A stretch of DNA of 64,000 nt from contig JBMNLI010000017.1 in NCBI GenBank assembly GCA_050952645.1, positions 256,001 to 320,000 on the forward strand, given 5' to 3'. The translations under genes were made by a program, and so were the position numbers. Source of the stretch: Bdellovibrionota bacterium (GTDB lineage Bacteria; Bdellovibrionota_C; UBA2361; CAKMMH01). The notes beneath the pieces were generated by a model. The model was not told the DNA's origin, ran no database searches, and was given only the letters and a program-made list of their open reading frames with translations. Each line of letters begins with the position of its first letter. The stretch's first letter is position 1. Positions 40,406 through 49,377 of the stretch are shown piece by piece.

Positions 40406-40540
40406 CCCAAACTTTCCCTTGTTTTACGTATACAATTTTAATTTTAATTACATAACTCATTGAAATCATTTAAAAAAAGTTTTCAAAAGTGCTTGCACAA
40501 AATGCTAAAATAGCATTTGTAAAACAAGAGAAAGTTTAAT
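40406..40540. mobile_element. MITE family 2, copy A
   Basis: CCCAAACTTTCCCTTGTTTTAC ... GTAAAACAAGAGAAAGTTTAAT with perfect 6-bp flanking duplication ATCAAA. Confidence 0.78.
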
Positions 40541-40752
40541 ATCAAAGGTAAGAATACCACGAGGCAAAGGCTTTTACGAGATATACTTGACAGATTTGAA
40601 GCTTTTTACTTGACACTTTTGATATAAGTTTTAACCAAAAAAAAACTAAAACTTTTAGTTCTTTAACGTTTTAAAAAGGGGGCAAGCCCTCTCAAATAAC
40701 ACCACAAACCACAAGCAAACGAAGCTTAAAAAGAAAATTTTAGGGGTAGATA

Positions 40753-42075
40753 TCAACTTAAAACACTCCTATATACCTTATAAATTTCTTTTGCAGATTT
40801 ATCCCAACTAAGAGAAGCTAGCTCTTTTTTAGATTCTTCTATAAGCTCTTTTCTAGCTTCATTATTATTTAATAAATAAATTATATGCTCTCCTAGTTTA
40901 TCAGAATCCCAATAATCACACTTTAGAGCCGACCTTATAACCTCCGAACAACCAGACTGCTTTGATATAACGATAGCAGAACCATAATATATCGCTTCTA
41001 GTGCCACAATACCAAAAGGCTCTGAAAACGACGGCATTACAAAAACATCTGAAATAGAAAACACTCTTTCTACTTCTTTCTTTTTTAAAAATCCAGTAAA
41101 AATAAAATGGTCATGCACCTGAAGCTCTATAGTTTTCTTAACCATCATTGGCGCTAAGTCTCCATCTCCTGCTACTATAAATTTTACATTCCTTACTTTC
41201 TCTAAAACTTTTTTACTAGCTTCAACAAAAAACTCAGGACCTTTTTGCCACGTAATACGCCCTAAAAAAAGGACTATCTTATACTTTTTTAATTCCTTAG
41301 GTAGTTCATACTTATTTATCTTATTAAACATCATCGCATTATATACAACGGAAATTTTCTCCTTGCAAACGCCATGCTCTCTTACTATCACATTTTTCGT
41401 ATACTCACTTACCGCAATAATGCGATGTGCATAAGTAGTGCCTAACTTTTCAATTAGATTTACAAAATAATCATTACATACTCCCGACCTATCGTATTCT
41501 AAACTATGAATATGCAAAACTAGAGGCTTACTAGTTAGCTTTGAAAGCGCCACAGCTGGAAGCACGGTCATCCAATCGTGAGCATGGATAATATCAAAAT
41601 CATCATCTGAAAAAAAATCGACTACATTAGATGCATATTTTACGACTTGCCTGCCTAGCTTGTTTGTCTTTATGAAATTTTTAAAATCAAAATCTATACA
41701 ACTTCTTAATAATTTAAAACCACTTTTATTTATCTCATTTAATGTTTTTATTTTATAATCTTCTAAAAACTTTTCATATTCCTCGCTAGTCCAATACGGG
41801 TTTAATATCTCAGGGAAAGTAAACTTTTTTATACGCTCTCTAAATTTTAAACTTATTACATCTTTTCTTATCTTGTTTTTTTTATTTTTTTTATTTTTTT
41901 TTGGCTCTACTAAAGTCATATGATGCGCATTTTCATCTCCGTAAACTTTAGGAAGTGCAAAAGTTAAATCTATACTACGAATTTTAGATAATGCTGTGGT
42001 TATGCCTAAACAAGCCGTCCCTAAACCTCCGTTGATATGTGGTGGATATTCCCAACCAAGCATTAGTACTTTCAT
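40753..42075 (-). CDS. Glycosyltransferase family 4 (glycogen-synthase-associated type)
   Basis: MKVLMLGWEYPPHINGGLGTAC, HAHDW, LGRITWQKG and PSFSEPFGIVALEA motifs. Confidence 0.9.
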   Translation of the reverse strand: MKVLMLGWEYPPHINGGLGTACLGITTALSKIRSIDLTFALPKVYGDENAHHMTLVEPKKNKKNKKNKIRKDVISLKFRERIKKFTFPEILNPYWTSEEYEKFLEDYKIKTLNEINKSGFKLLRSCIDFDFKNFIKTNKLGRQVVKYASNVVDFFSDDDFDIIHAHDWMTVLPAVALSKLTSKPLVLHIHSLEYDRSGVCNDYFVNLIEKLGTTYAHRIIAVSEYTKNVIVREHGVCKEKISVVYNAMMFNKINKYELPKELKKYKIVLFLGRITWQKGPEFFVEASKKVLEKVRNVKFIVAGDGDLAPMMVKKTIELQVHDHFIFTGFLKKKEVERVFSISDVFVMPSFSEPFGIVALEAIYYGSAIVISKQSGCSEVIRSALKCDYWDSDKLGEHIIYLLNNNEARKELIEESKKELASLSWDKSAKEIYKVYRSVLS

Positions 42076-42131
42076 AAAAATTCTAAAACTATAAAAACAT
42101 TCTAGCTTACATATAGCTAGTTTATATAAAA

Positions 42132-43625
42132 CTAATTTAAACAGAGCTTAAGTTTATCTAAATTATCTTTCTTGATAAAAACTGAAAATCCGCTCTCTCT
42201 TTTATCTTCAAAAACTTTACACCAATTTTCTTTATCGAGTTCTAAAATACGAACTAACGGGCTTACGTTTGGCCAGAGAATAGTTTTAGGATTTACGTAT
42301 TTTATATACTCTTGCCAATCTGCTTTACCCTCAAAAGCGTTTTGCATAAGCTTAAATACTTTTTTGGAGTTTACGCTAAGTCTTCCATCGACTATCACTT
42401 TTGTTAAAGGCTCTCCTTTTTTATTTGAAAAATTATAAATAAGGTATCCTCCTTCTCTAAAAGCATTTAATATCGGATACTCTAATTTATTATCTTTTAT
42501 AAACTCTACCGCCGCTATCGGAGTGATAACATCATCTATCTTATTTGCTTCCTTTTTTAAAAGTGAATTAACACAAACTATTATTAAACATAAAAGCAAA
42601 AAAGCTCCCCCTTCTCCTGAAAAATATAATAGAAAATTTTTTAATTTTTTAAGAGCCTCATTTAAATGTAGCGCCTCCTTTCCATAATCGACGCTCCATA
42701 ATACGCAGATTGCAAAAGATAAAAGAACTAAAGCATAAGGCATCATAGTTTCAAAAACTAACCCAAGTAAAAGAAAAACAACTAATACACATACTTTTAA
42801 TTTTGTTATAGATTTTGAAGAAAAATAGTGTAGCATTAAGAAAAATAAGCCTAAAATCGATAAGAAACCTACTCCATAACTAACTATATATTTTACTTTA
42901 TAATTAATCCCATATTTTAAAATATCTATAACATAAGACTCTCCTGCCCCTATTTGACTAAACACATAGCTTATGTTTGAACAAAATGATAACCACTCTC
43001 CCCCAAAATAAGGCGTAAATAAAGTGCCTAAAAAAGGAATTAAAAATAGCTTATAAGTATGTTTGTCAAATGTTTTAAACCCCAAAAGACAGAAAACAAA
43101 AACTCCTAAAACTGAACTTAGATGAGAGTTTGCCCAAAAAGCAAAGGTTAAAAATACTTTAATATACAGTTTTTTATTCCAACCTTTTTTATATACCTCA
43201 TCTGCAAAATAAATAGACAAAGCAAAAAACGGTAGAGAAAACATTTTAGGAGAAAGCGTAAAGTGTTCTGCAAAAGACGCTAGCACGATAACTCCTAGCA
43301 ATGCACCAAAAAAATTATCTTTCGATATTTTTTGAAAAATTTTGACTAGTACATACCCAAGGACTACGCCTAAAATAATTTTAAAAAATAATAAACCTAT
43401 GCTGCCAAAATACTTATCTATAAGAGCATAAAAAACTTCGGGGAGCCAAGAAGTAGCTCTAAAAATTCCACTTGAATACGCATTCCAATGGTCTGTAAGT
43501 GGAAACCCGTGTGCTAAGATCCATCTTCCTGCCACCATATGTCCCCATAAATTAGGCTCCTCTACAACTCCCGTAATATGGATAGAGGATAAAAGGATAA
43601 TAAAAAAAGTAATCAATTTATTCAT
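42132..43625 (-). CDS. Polytopic membrane protein (GT-C-like, uncharacterised)
   Basis: PNLWGHM..GRWI, SWL.E, WANSH, GGYL and DGR motifs; many TM helices. Confidence 0.65.
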   Translation of the reverse strand: MNKLITFFIILLSSIHITGVVEEPNLWGHMVAGRWILAHGFPLTDHWNAYSSGIFRATSWLPEVFYALIDKYFGSIGLLFFKIILGVVLGYVLVKIFQKISKDNFFGALLGVIVLASFAEHFTLSPKMFSLPFFALSIYFADEVYKKGWNKKLYIKVFLTFAFWANSHLSSVLGVFVFCLLGFKTFDKHTYKLFLIPFLGTLFTPYFGGEWLSFCSNISYVFSQIGAGESYVIDILKYGINYKVKYIVSYGVGFLSILGLFFLMLHYFSSKSITKLKVCVLVVFLLLGLVFETMMPYALVLLSFAICVLWSVDYGKEALHLNEALKKLKNFLLYFSGEGGAFLLLCLIIVCVNSLLKKEANKIDDVITPIAAVEFIKDNKLEYPILNAFREGGYLIYNFSNKKGEPLTKVIVDGRLSVNSKKVFKLMQNAFEGKADWQEYIKYVNPKTILWPNVSPLVRILELDKENWCKVFEDKRESGFSVFIKKDNLDKLKLCLN

Positions 43626-44076
43626 AATAAAAAACTTTTAAATTTAAAGAATAATCTTTTTTAGCTCTCTAGAAAATATATAAGCTATAATTTATAGCCT
43701 ATACTAGCACATTTTTAAAACTTCAAGTAGTAAAATTTCTTAAACAAGCACTAACCCTTTTCTATTAGCTTTTATAAATATCTTTTAGTATTTTGTTTAC
43801 TCTTTTTTATTTATTTCTAGTTTATTTATTTCTAGTTTATTTATCTCTATTTTGCTTATTCTATTTTATTTACTAATGATTATTTACTAATGACTTTAAG
43901 TTTAAAGGAATTTAAGGTAAAATTATTTTATAATATTTTTGTTTAAATTTACCCTAGAAAAAACAATTAAAGAGAATACGTGTAAAAAAATATATTTAAA
44001 CTTATAAACCTATTTATTAAAAGTTATAACAAAGCTACTTGTAAAATTTTGTAAAGTATATAGATTAGTCTACATT

Positions 44077-44736
44077 ATGTTTGATCTTGATTTTTTTCTA
44101 TCACAAGACGGTTGGAATATTTATATATTCCTATTTCTTAGCCTACTAGCTGGCGCATTCGGATTGCCACTTCCTGAGGATATTCCACTTATAGCCGCAG
44201 GAGTATTGATACAAGGAAAGCAAGCAAAACTTTTGCCTACTTTTCTTATATGCTACATTGGGATTTTATTAGGCGATATCATTATATACTTTATAGGTCG
44301 ACTTTTCGGGCCTACTCTTTATAAGAGAAAATGGTTTCAAAAGAAAATTAAAAAACATGGATTTAAAATGAAAAATATGCGTTCAAAGCTTGAAAATAAA
44401 AGTCTTTTAACGATTTTTATAGCTCGCCACTTATTTTGGATACGAACCGCAACTTTCTTGCTTTGTGGAATAGTAAGAATAAAACCTATTAAATTTATAG
44501 TCGCCGATGTGATAGCAGCAACTATAAGCGTGCCTCTGATGATGTCTTTAGGATACTTCTTTTCTGCTAATTTAGAAAATATCTTCGGCAAGATTAGACA
44601 CGCTGAAAACACTATTTTTCTAGGGATCTTGTTAATAGTTTTAGGATATATCGCTTATAGATTATTTATTAAAAAAACTTTTTTTAAAATAAACGACTCT
44701 ACCTTAAAAACCTTAGAAAACAACGAACAAGAATAA
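44077..44736 (+). CDS. DedA family membrane protein
   Basis: GLPLPEDIPLIAAG, LLGD...Y.IGR and IFIARH...R motifs. Confidence 0.92.
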   Translation: MFDLDFFLSQDGWNIYIFLFLSLLAGAFGLPLPEDIPLIAAGVLIQGKQAKLLPTFLICYIGILLGDIIIYFIGRLFGPTLYKRKWFQKKIKKHGFKMKNMRSKLENKSLLTIFIARHLFWIRTATFLLCGIVRIKPIKFIVADVIAATISVPLMMSLGYFFSANLENIFGKIRHAENTIFLGILLIVLGYIAYRLFIKKTFFKINDSTLKTLENNEQE

Positions 44737-44898
44737 AAAAATAAGAATAAAGAAAAGAAAGAAAGAATTAGAAAAGAAAAGAGAGAAAAGAGAGAAAAGA
44801 AAGAAAAGAAAGAAAAGAAAGAGAAAGAAAGAAAAGAAAGAGAAAGAAATAAAGATTAGAAAAAAAAGAAAAATAAGATTTAGAAAAGAAAGGAAGAA
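44737..44898. repeat. Polypurine (GA-rich) low-complexity tract
   Basis: Repeated AGAAAAGAA/AGAGAAAAG units, almost free of C. Confidence 0.85.
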
Positions 44899-45201
44899 AC
44901 TAAAAAATACCTAAATTTACCTATTTTCCATCTACTACAATTTACAAAAATATTATATAATACAGAAAAATTTTTATAGTTTTTTCCCTTTACAAATGCA
45001 TAAGATTTAAAAAAACTTCTCCGATTTGTAATAAATTTGTAATAAAAGAAAATTTATATTTTTATACGCAACTAAAGAAAATCTTTTGCATCTTTCTTAT
45101 AAACACACTTGTAAATATAAGAAATATAAAAGAAAAATTATTAAATAACTCTGTTAAATTTAATAATTTCTCAAATAAAAAAATAGGGGAGATGAATTAA
45201 A

Positions 45202-47751
45202 GTGAGTATAACGGAAAATTCAAAGGAACAATTTTTAGGAAAACAAGACGACAGTTTACTAATTAGCGATGAAGCCGCTAAAGATGTCGTAATCGAAAAA
45301 GAAATTAGTAAAGAACTTTCTAAAATAGTAGAGCCTAATTTACAAGCTAATTTTAAAAAAGACACCACTATTTATGATATTAATTTACAATCAGAGTTAA
45401 GATTTATATCGAAGCCTTACGTAAATATAAATGGAAATGAAGTTAATTTATATATTACTTTTTCCCTTAATGAAAAATATTTAACTAACACCTCTTTTTT
45501 CATACACTACGGAAGCTATGATGACGTTCCAGAAAATTGGGAATCTATACAAATTTCAAAAAATGATATCATCAAAAATGATGAGCAAAATTACACTATT
45601 CAAACTAAATGGATAATTCCTTGTAAAGGAAATTTTGGTGCAACCGTTTATGCTACTTATCCTAATAATGAAAAACCTGTATGGCAAGGCACTCAAAATG
45701 ATGATGCAAAAATTAAAATAGATAATGACTGTTTTTTTACTATTGAAAAAATTTTAAAAAGTAGAACTAGTTTTCAAAAAGAAACGAAAGAACTATTAAA
45801 AAACGGCATAAAAACTTATTCATCATTTAAAGATTTAATAGTAAAACTAAAAAAAGAAAGCAATCAAAAATATTTATCAGAGATTATTTATAATGAGACT
45901 AAAGGAAATAAGGATTTAAGAGACACTCTTACTAAGTACTATAAAGATGCTAAAAAAGAGTACTACTCAAAAAATAACTATCAGACGATTTCTTCAGCAA
46001 AAGAACTTATCGACACTCTCGACACTCTCGGATTAAGAGAGACCGCATTCGTTGCCCCAGAAGGCCCTCACGCTTCAGGTGGTGGGCTAGCAGAGGTAAT
46101 GAAAGGGCTTTTAAAAGCGCTCTCACAAAAAGGTATGAAAGTTTCTTTAATTTCTCCTTTATATGAATACGACCAAGGTGGCAAACATTCATCGGCAGAA
46201 CATACTTTAAAAGCTGGTATAAAATTTGGCAATTACATATTAAAACCTAAATATGCAGGGGAAGTGCTTATTCCATTTGGAAAAACTACGCACGTTCAAC
46301 ACGGCGGCACTATCGATAATGCTTTTCATCAAAGAGCAACCGTGCATATCGCAAAACAAGGAAATTTTACACTCGTGCTATTAAGATGTAAAAGATTTGC
46401 AGATTATTTATACGCTCGCATCAATGCTGATGAGCAATTAAGAAGAGCCATCTTCTTATCTAGGGGGGCCTTAGAAGTAATAAATAATCCACTCTTTGAT
46501 ATTAACCCACAAATTATAGTATCAAACGATTGGCAAGCAGGTCTAATCCCTCCACTTTTAAAGCTCGATGGGCGTTATGCAAACTCACTAGCGTTTTGTA
46601 ATTGCAAAACGGTTCATATGATTCATAACTGTGGGCGTGACTACCATGGGAATATTCCTGTAAACTGTGGCGGCAAAAATTTATACAGCATGCTAGAACT
46701 AGACTCTTGTCATATATATGGGCTAACCCATCCTAGCAACAATGGAATATTAAATTTAACGGCAGGAGCGATTAGACATTTAAACGGCGTCCTATCGACC
46801 GTAAGCAAGCCTTATTCTCAAGAATTATTAGATTGGAATAAAGGTGAAGGGCTAACAGATTTAATTAAAGCTAAACCAGGGGCGCTAGTCGGCATAAGCA
46901 ATGGAATAGATCAAAACGCAATTAGAAGAAAAGTTATATCTCTTGGAACTAATGAGTTTGAAGATATGATTTCCCCTGAGGATGATAACGCATACTATTC
47001 AAAAATAATTTCTTTTAAAAGCAGAATAAAAGAAAAATTGCAAAAAGATTTCAATTTACAAGTAAACCAAGATGCTAAACTATTTTCTTTTATAGGAAGA
47101 ATAGCAGAGCAAAAAGGCATCGAGCTTATGTATAATAGACCTGCTGGCGAAAACGTTTCAGTGATAGAGGCTATTTTAATGCACTACCCTGAGTCGCAAT
47201 TTATTTTTGCTGGACCTTATACAGATGGCGATATCCATGCAAGAAATTTAAGAAATTGTGTTGAATATTTATCTCAAAAATATCCAAATAGAATAAAAGG
47301 TATTTATGAGTTTGTTTCTCACGATTTTGCGATAGAAATTCACGCTGGAAGTGATTTCTTTATGATGCCTTCTAGATACGAGCCAGGCGGCATAGTTCAA
47401 CTAGAAGCTATCGCTTGCGGAACGTTAGTAATCGGGCGTAATGTTGGTGGCATATCGGCTACTCTTAGGAATTATGGCGATTTATCGAAAGAAAGCAACG
47501 CTTTTATGTTTGATACTTATACATCAGATGCATTTTATAGAGCGTGTTGCTACGCCTTAAATACTGTAAAAGACAGTAAGCTAAACAAGACTCTAATTTT
47601 ACAAGCAACTAGAGCAAAACACGATTGGGGTCATAGAGTTAGCAATTATATTTCACTATTTCAGTATATTTTAGGCGTTTTAAATCCGTATGAGTTTTAT
47701 GATTATTTAGAAAATCACCGTAAACTTATAGAGGAAAGCAGGACTTATTAA
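45202..47751 (+). CDS. Glycogen/starch synthase (GT5) with long N-terminal extension
   Basis: GGLAEV, NDWQ, IHN, TVS..Y, GISNGID, GRIAEQKG and MPSRYEPGG..QLEA motifs; about 280 extra N-terminal residues. Confidence 0.85.
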   Translation: MSITENSKEQFLGKQDDSLLISDEAAKDVVIEKEISKELSKIVEPNLQANFKKDTTIYDINLQSELRFISKPYVNINGNEVNLYITFSLNEKYLTNTSFFIHYGSYDDVPENWESIQISKNDIIKNDEQNYTIQTKWIIPCKGNFGATVYATYPNNEKPVWQGTQNDDAKIKIDNDCFFTIEKILKSRTSFQKETKELLKNGIKTYSSFKDLIVKLKKESNQKYLSEIIYNETKGNKDLRDTLTKYYKDAKKEYYSKNNYQTISSAKELIDTLDTLGLRETAFVAPEGPHASGGGLAEVMKGLLKALSQKGMKVSLISPLYEYDQGGKHSSAEHTLKAGIKFGNYILKPKYAGEVLIPFGKTTHVQHGGTIDNAFHQRATVHIAKQGNFTLVLLRCKRFADYLYARINADEQLRRAIFLSRGALEVINNPLFDINPQIIVSNDWQAGLIPPLLKLDGRYANSLAFCNCKTVHMIHNCGRDYHGNIPVNCGGKNLYSMLELDSCHIYGLTHPSNNGILNLTAGAIRHLNGVLSTVSKPYSQELLDWNKGEGLTDLIKAKPGALVGISNGIDQNAIRRKVISLGTNEFEDMISPEDDNAYYSKIISFKSRIKEKLQKDFNLQVNQDAKLFSFIGRIAEQKGIELMYNRPAGENVSVIEAILMHYPESQFIFAGPYTDGDIHARNLRNCVEYLSQKYPNRIKGIYEFVSHDFAIEIHAGSDFFMMPSRYEPGGIVQLEAIACGTLVIGRNVGGISATLRNYGDLSKESNAFMFDTYTSDAFYRACCYALNTVKDSKLNKTLILQATRAKHDWGHRVSNYISLFQYILGVLNPYEFYDYLENHRKLIEESRTY

Positions 47752-47853
47752 GATTTTAAATTTTTTATTTTACTCCTATACGTTAGTTCATTCTTTATGA
47801 AAAATATTTTTATTTTTCATAAAATATGACATCGGGAATCTCCCATTTTTTTT

Positions 47854-47895
47854 AGGGTTTGTAAAAGGTATTTAAATCTTTTACAGACCCTTTTT
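47854..47895 (+). terminator. Intrinsic terminator
   Basis: AGGGTTTGTAAAAG / CTTTTACAGACCCT followed by a T run. Confidence 0.75.
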
Positions 47896-47983
47896 CTTTC
47901 TCCTTATCTTTACTTTTGCGAACTTTATTTTACTTATAAATACAAATAGACAACTAAGCTTCTTTCTTATAAAATATATTCTT

Positions 47984-48811
47984 ATGAGTGAAAATAAAAA
48001 ACGCCTAGAACCTTTCGTAAAGTGGGCAGGTGGAAAAAGAGTTATCATAGATAAATTAAAAGAAAGAGTGCCTAAAAGCTTTGACCGCTATATCGAGCCA
48101 CTAGTTGGAGGTGGCGCACTGTTTTTTGCATTAAAACCGTATATATCGATCATATTCGACGCAAATGAAGAGCTAATAAACGCCTATCAAGTTATAAAAA
48201 CTAATGTAGACGGCCTTATAGACGATCTAAAAAAACATAAAAACACAGAAGAATATTTTTTATATTTAAGAGGATTAGATAGAGAGCAAAATTATAAAAA
48301 TCTTTCTAATGTTAAGAGAGCTAGTAGACTTATTTTTTTAAACCACACTTGTTATAATGGACTATATAGAGTGAACTTAAAAAACCAATTCAACGTTCCA
48401 TATGGCCATTATAAAAACCCTAGCATTTTTTCTGAAGAAAATTTACGAAATGTTTCGGACTTATTAAAAGGCACTATAATTATTTGTGATGATTTTTCAA
48501 GAGTTTTAGAGTTTGCAAAAAAAGGCGATTTTATTTATTTCGACCCTCCTTATTTACCGCTTAATAAGACCTCATCTTTTACATCGTATACGAAAGATAA
48601 ATTTGATTTAGAAACGCATATAAGATTAAAAGAAGTGTGCGACGAACTAGATAAAAAAGAAGTTAATTTTATGGTTTCTAATTCTAATACGGCAGAAATT
48701 CACGACTTATACAAAGCTTACAATATTGAACAAATTTATTCATCTAGATATATAGGTTCAAAGGGCGATAGCAGAGGTAAAATTAGAGAAATTATTATAA
48801 GAAATTATTAA
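47984..48811 (+). CDS. Dam/DpnM-family DNA adenine methyltransferase (orphan)
   Basis: KWAGGK, EPLVGGGA, YNGLYRVN..FNVPYG, DPPY and SNS motifs; no adjacent endonuclease. Confidence 0.92.
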   Translation: MSENKKRLEPFVKWAGGKRVIIDKLKERVPKSFDRYIEPLVGGGALFFALKPYISIIFDANEELINAYQVIKTNVDGLIDDLKKHKNTEEYFLYLRGLDREQNYKNLSNVKRASRLIFLNHTCYNGLYRVNLKNQFNVPYGHYKNPSIFSEENLRNVSDLLKGTIIICDDFSRVLEFAKKGDFIYFDPPYLPLNKTSSFTSYTKDKFDLETHIRLKEVCDELDKKEVNFMVSNSNTAEIHDLYKAYNIEQIYSSRYIGSKGDSRGKIREIIIRNY

Positions 48812-48857
48812 CAAAATTTTTTTTAAATTTCTTTTTCTAGGAATTTCACTATTAAAA

Positions 48858-49096
48858 CCCAAACTTTCCCCTGTTTTACGTATATTACACCTTTTTAAAG
48901 AACTTAAAACTTAAGCTTAAAGATTTATTATTTGTCGTTTCCTAAAGAGTGCGTATTTACGTATGCTATTTGTATGCTAATTTAACAATTTATGTGAATG
49001 TTTCTTAACTTTTCTTAAATTATTTTGAGTAAATTATTTTGAGTAAGCTATAGAGTTAAAATTAAACTTTATACGTAAAGCAAGGGAAAGTTTAGG
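48858..49096. mobile_element. MITE family 2, copy B
   Basis: CCCAAACTTTCCCCTGTTTTACGTATA ... TATACGTAAAGCAAGGGAAAGTTTAGG with 6-bp flanking duplication TTAAAA. Confidence 0.82.
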
Positions 49097-49114
49097 TTAA
49101 AATGCTTAAGTCCT

Positions 49115-49240
49115 CTATTTAACTATTACTATTTTAGCTTTTTTAGCTAATGCTTTTTGTGCATCCTTTTTACGTTTTTCAGCTATTTTTAAATCTCTTG
49201 CATCTCTTTTTGCTTTCGTTTTTTTTCTTAATGATGCCAT
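49115..49240 (-). CDS. Small basic protein, 41 aa (not in ORF track)
   Basis: AAGGAG SD then MASLRKKTKAKRDARDLKIAEKRKKDAQKALAKKAKIVIVK. Confidence 0.65.
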   Translation of the reverse strand: MASLRKKTKAKRDARDLKIAEKRKKDAQKALAKKAKIVIVK

Positions 49241-49377
49241 AATTTTATCTCCTTTTTTTCAAATATACACAAAGAATGTATATAATAATATTTAATTTAG
49301 AAAAAATCAAATCTCACCTTAAAAATTTTTTTAAAAAAATTTTTTTCAAAGCAAAATTTTAAGGCGTAAATGTTTTT

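Noticed and set aside
48090..48120. Inactivation of the Dam-like methyltransferase by F-to-L in motif I (EPLVGGGA)
   Set aside because: This is a conservative change with all other motifs intact, so loss of function cannot be inferred.
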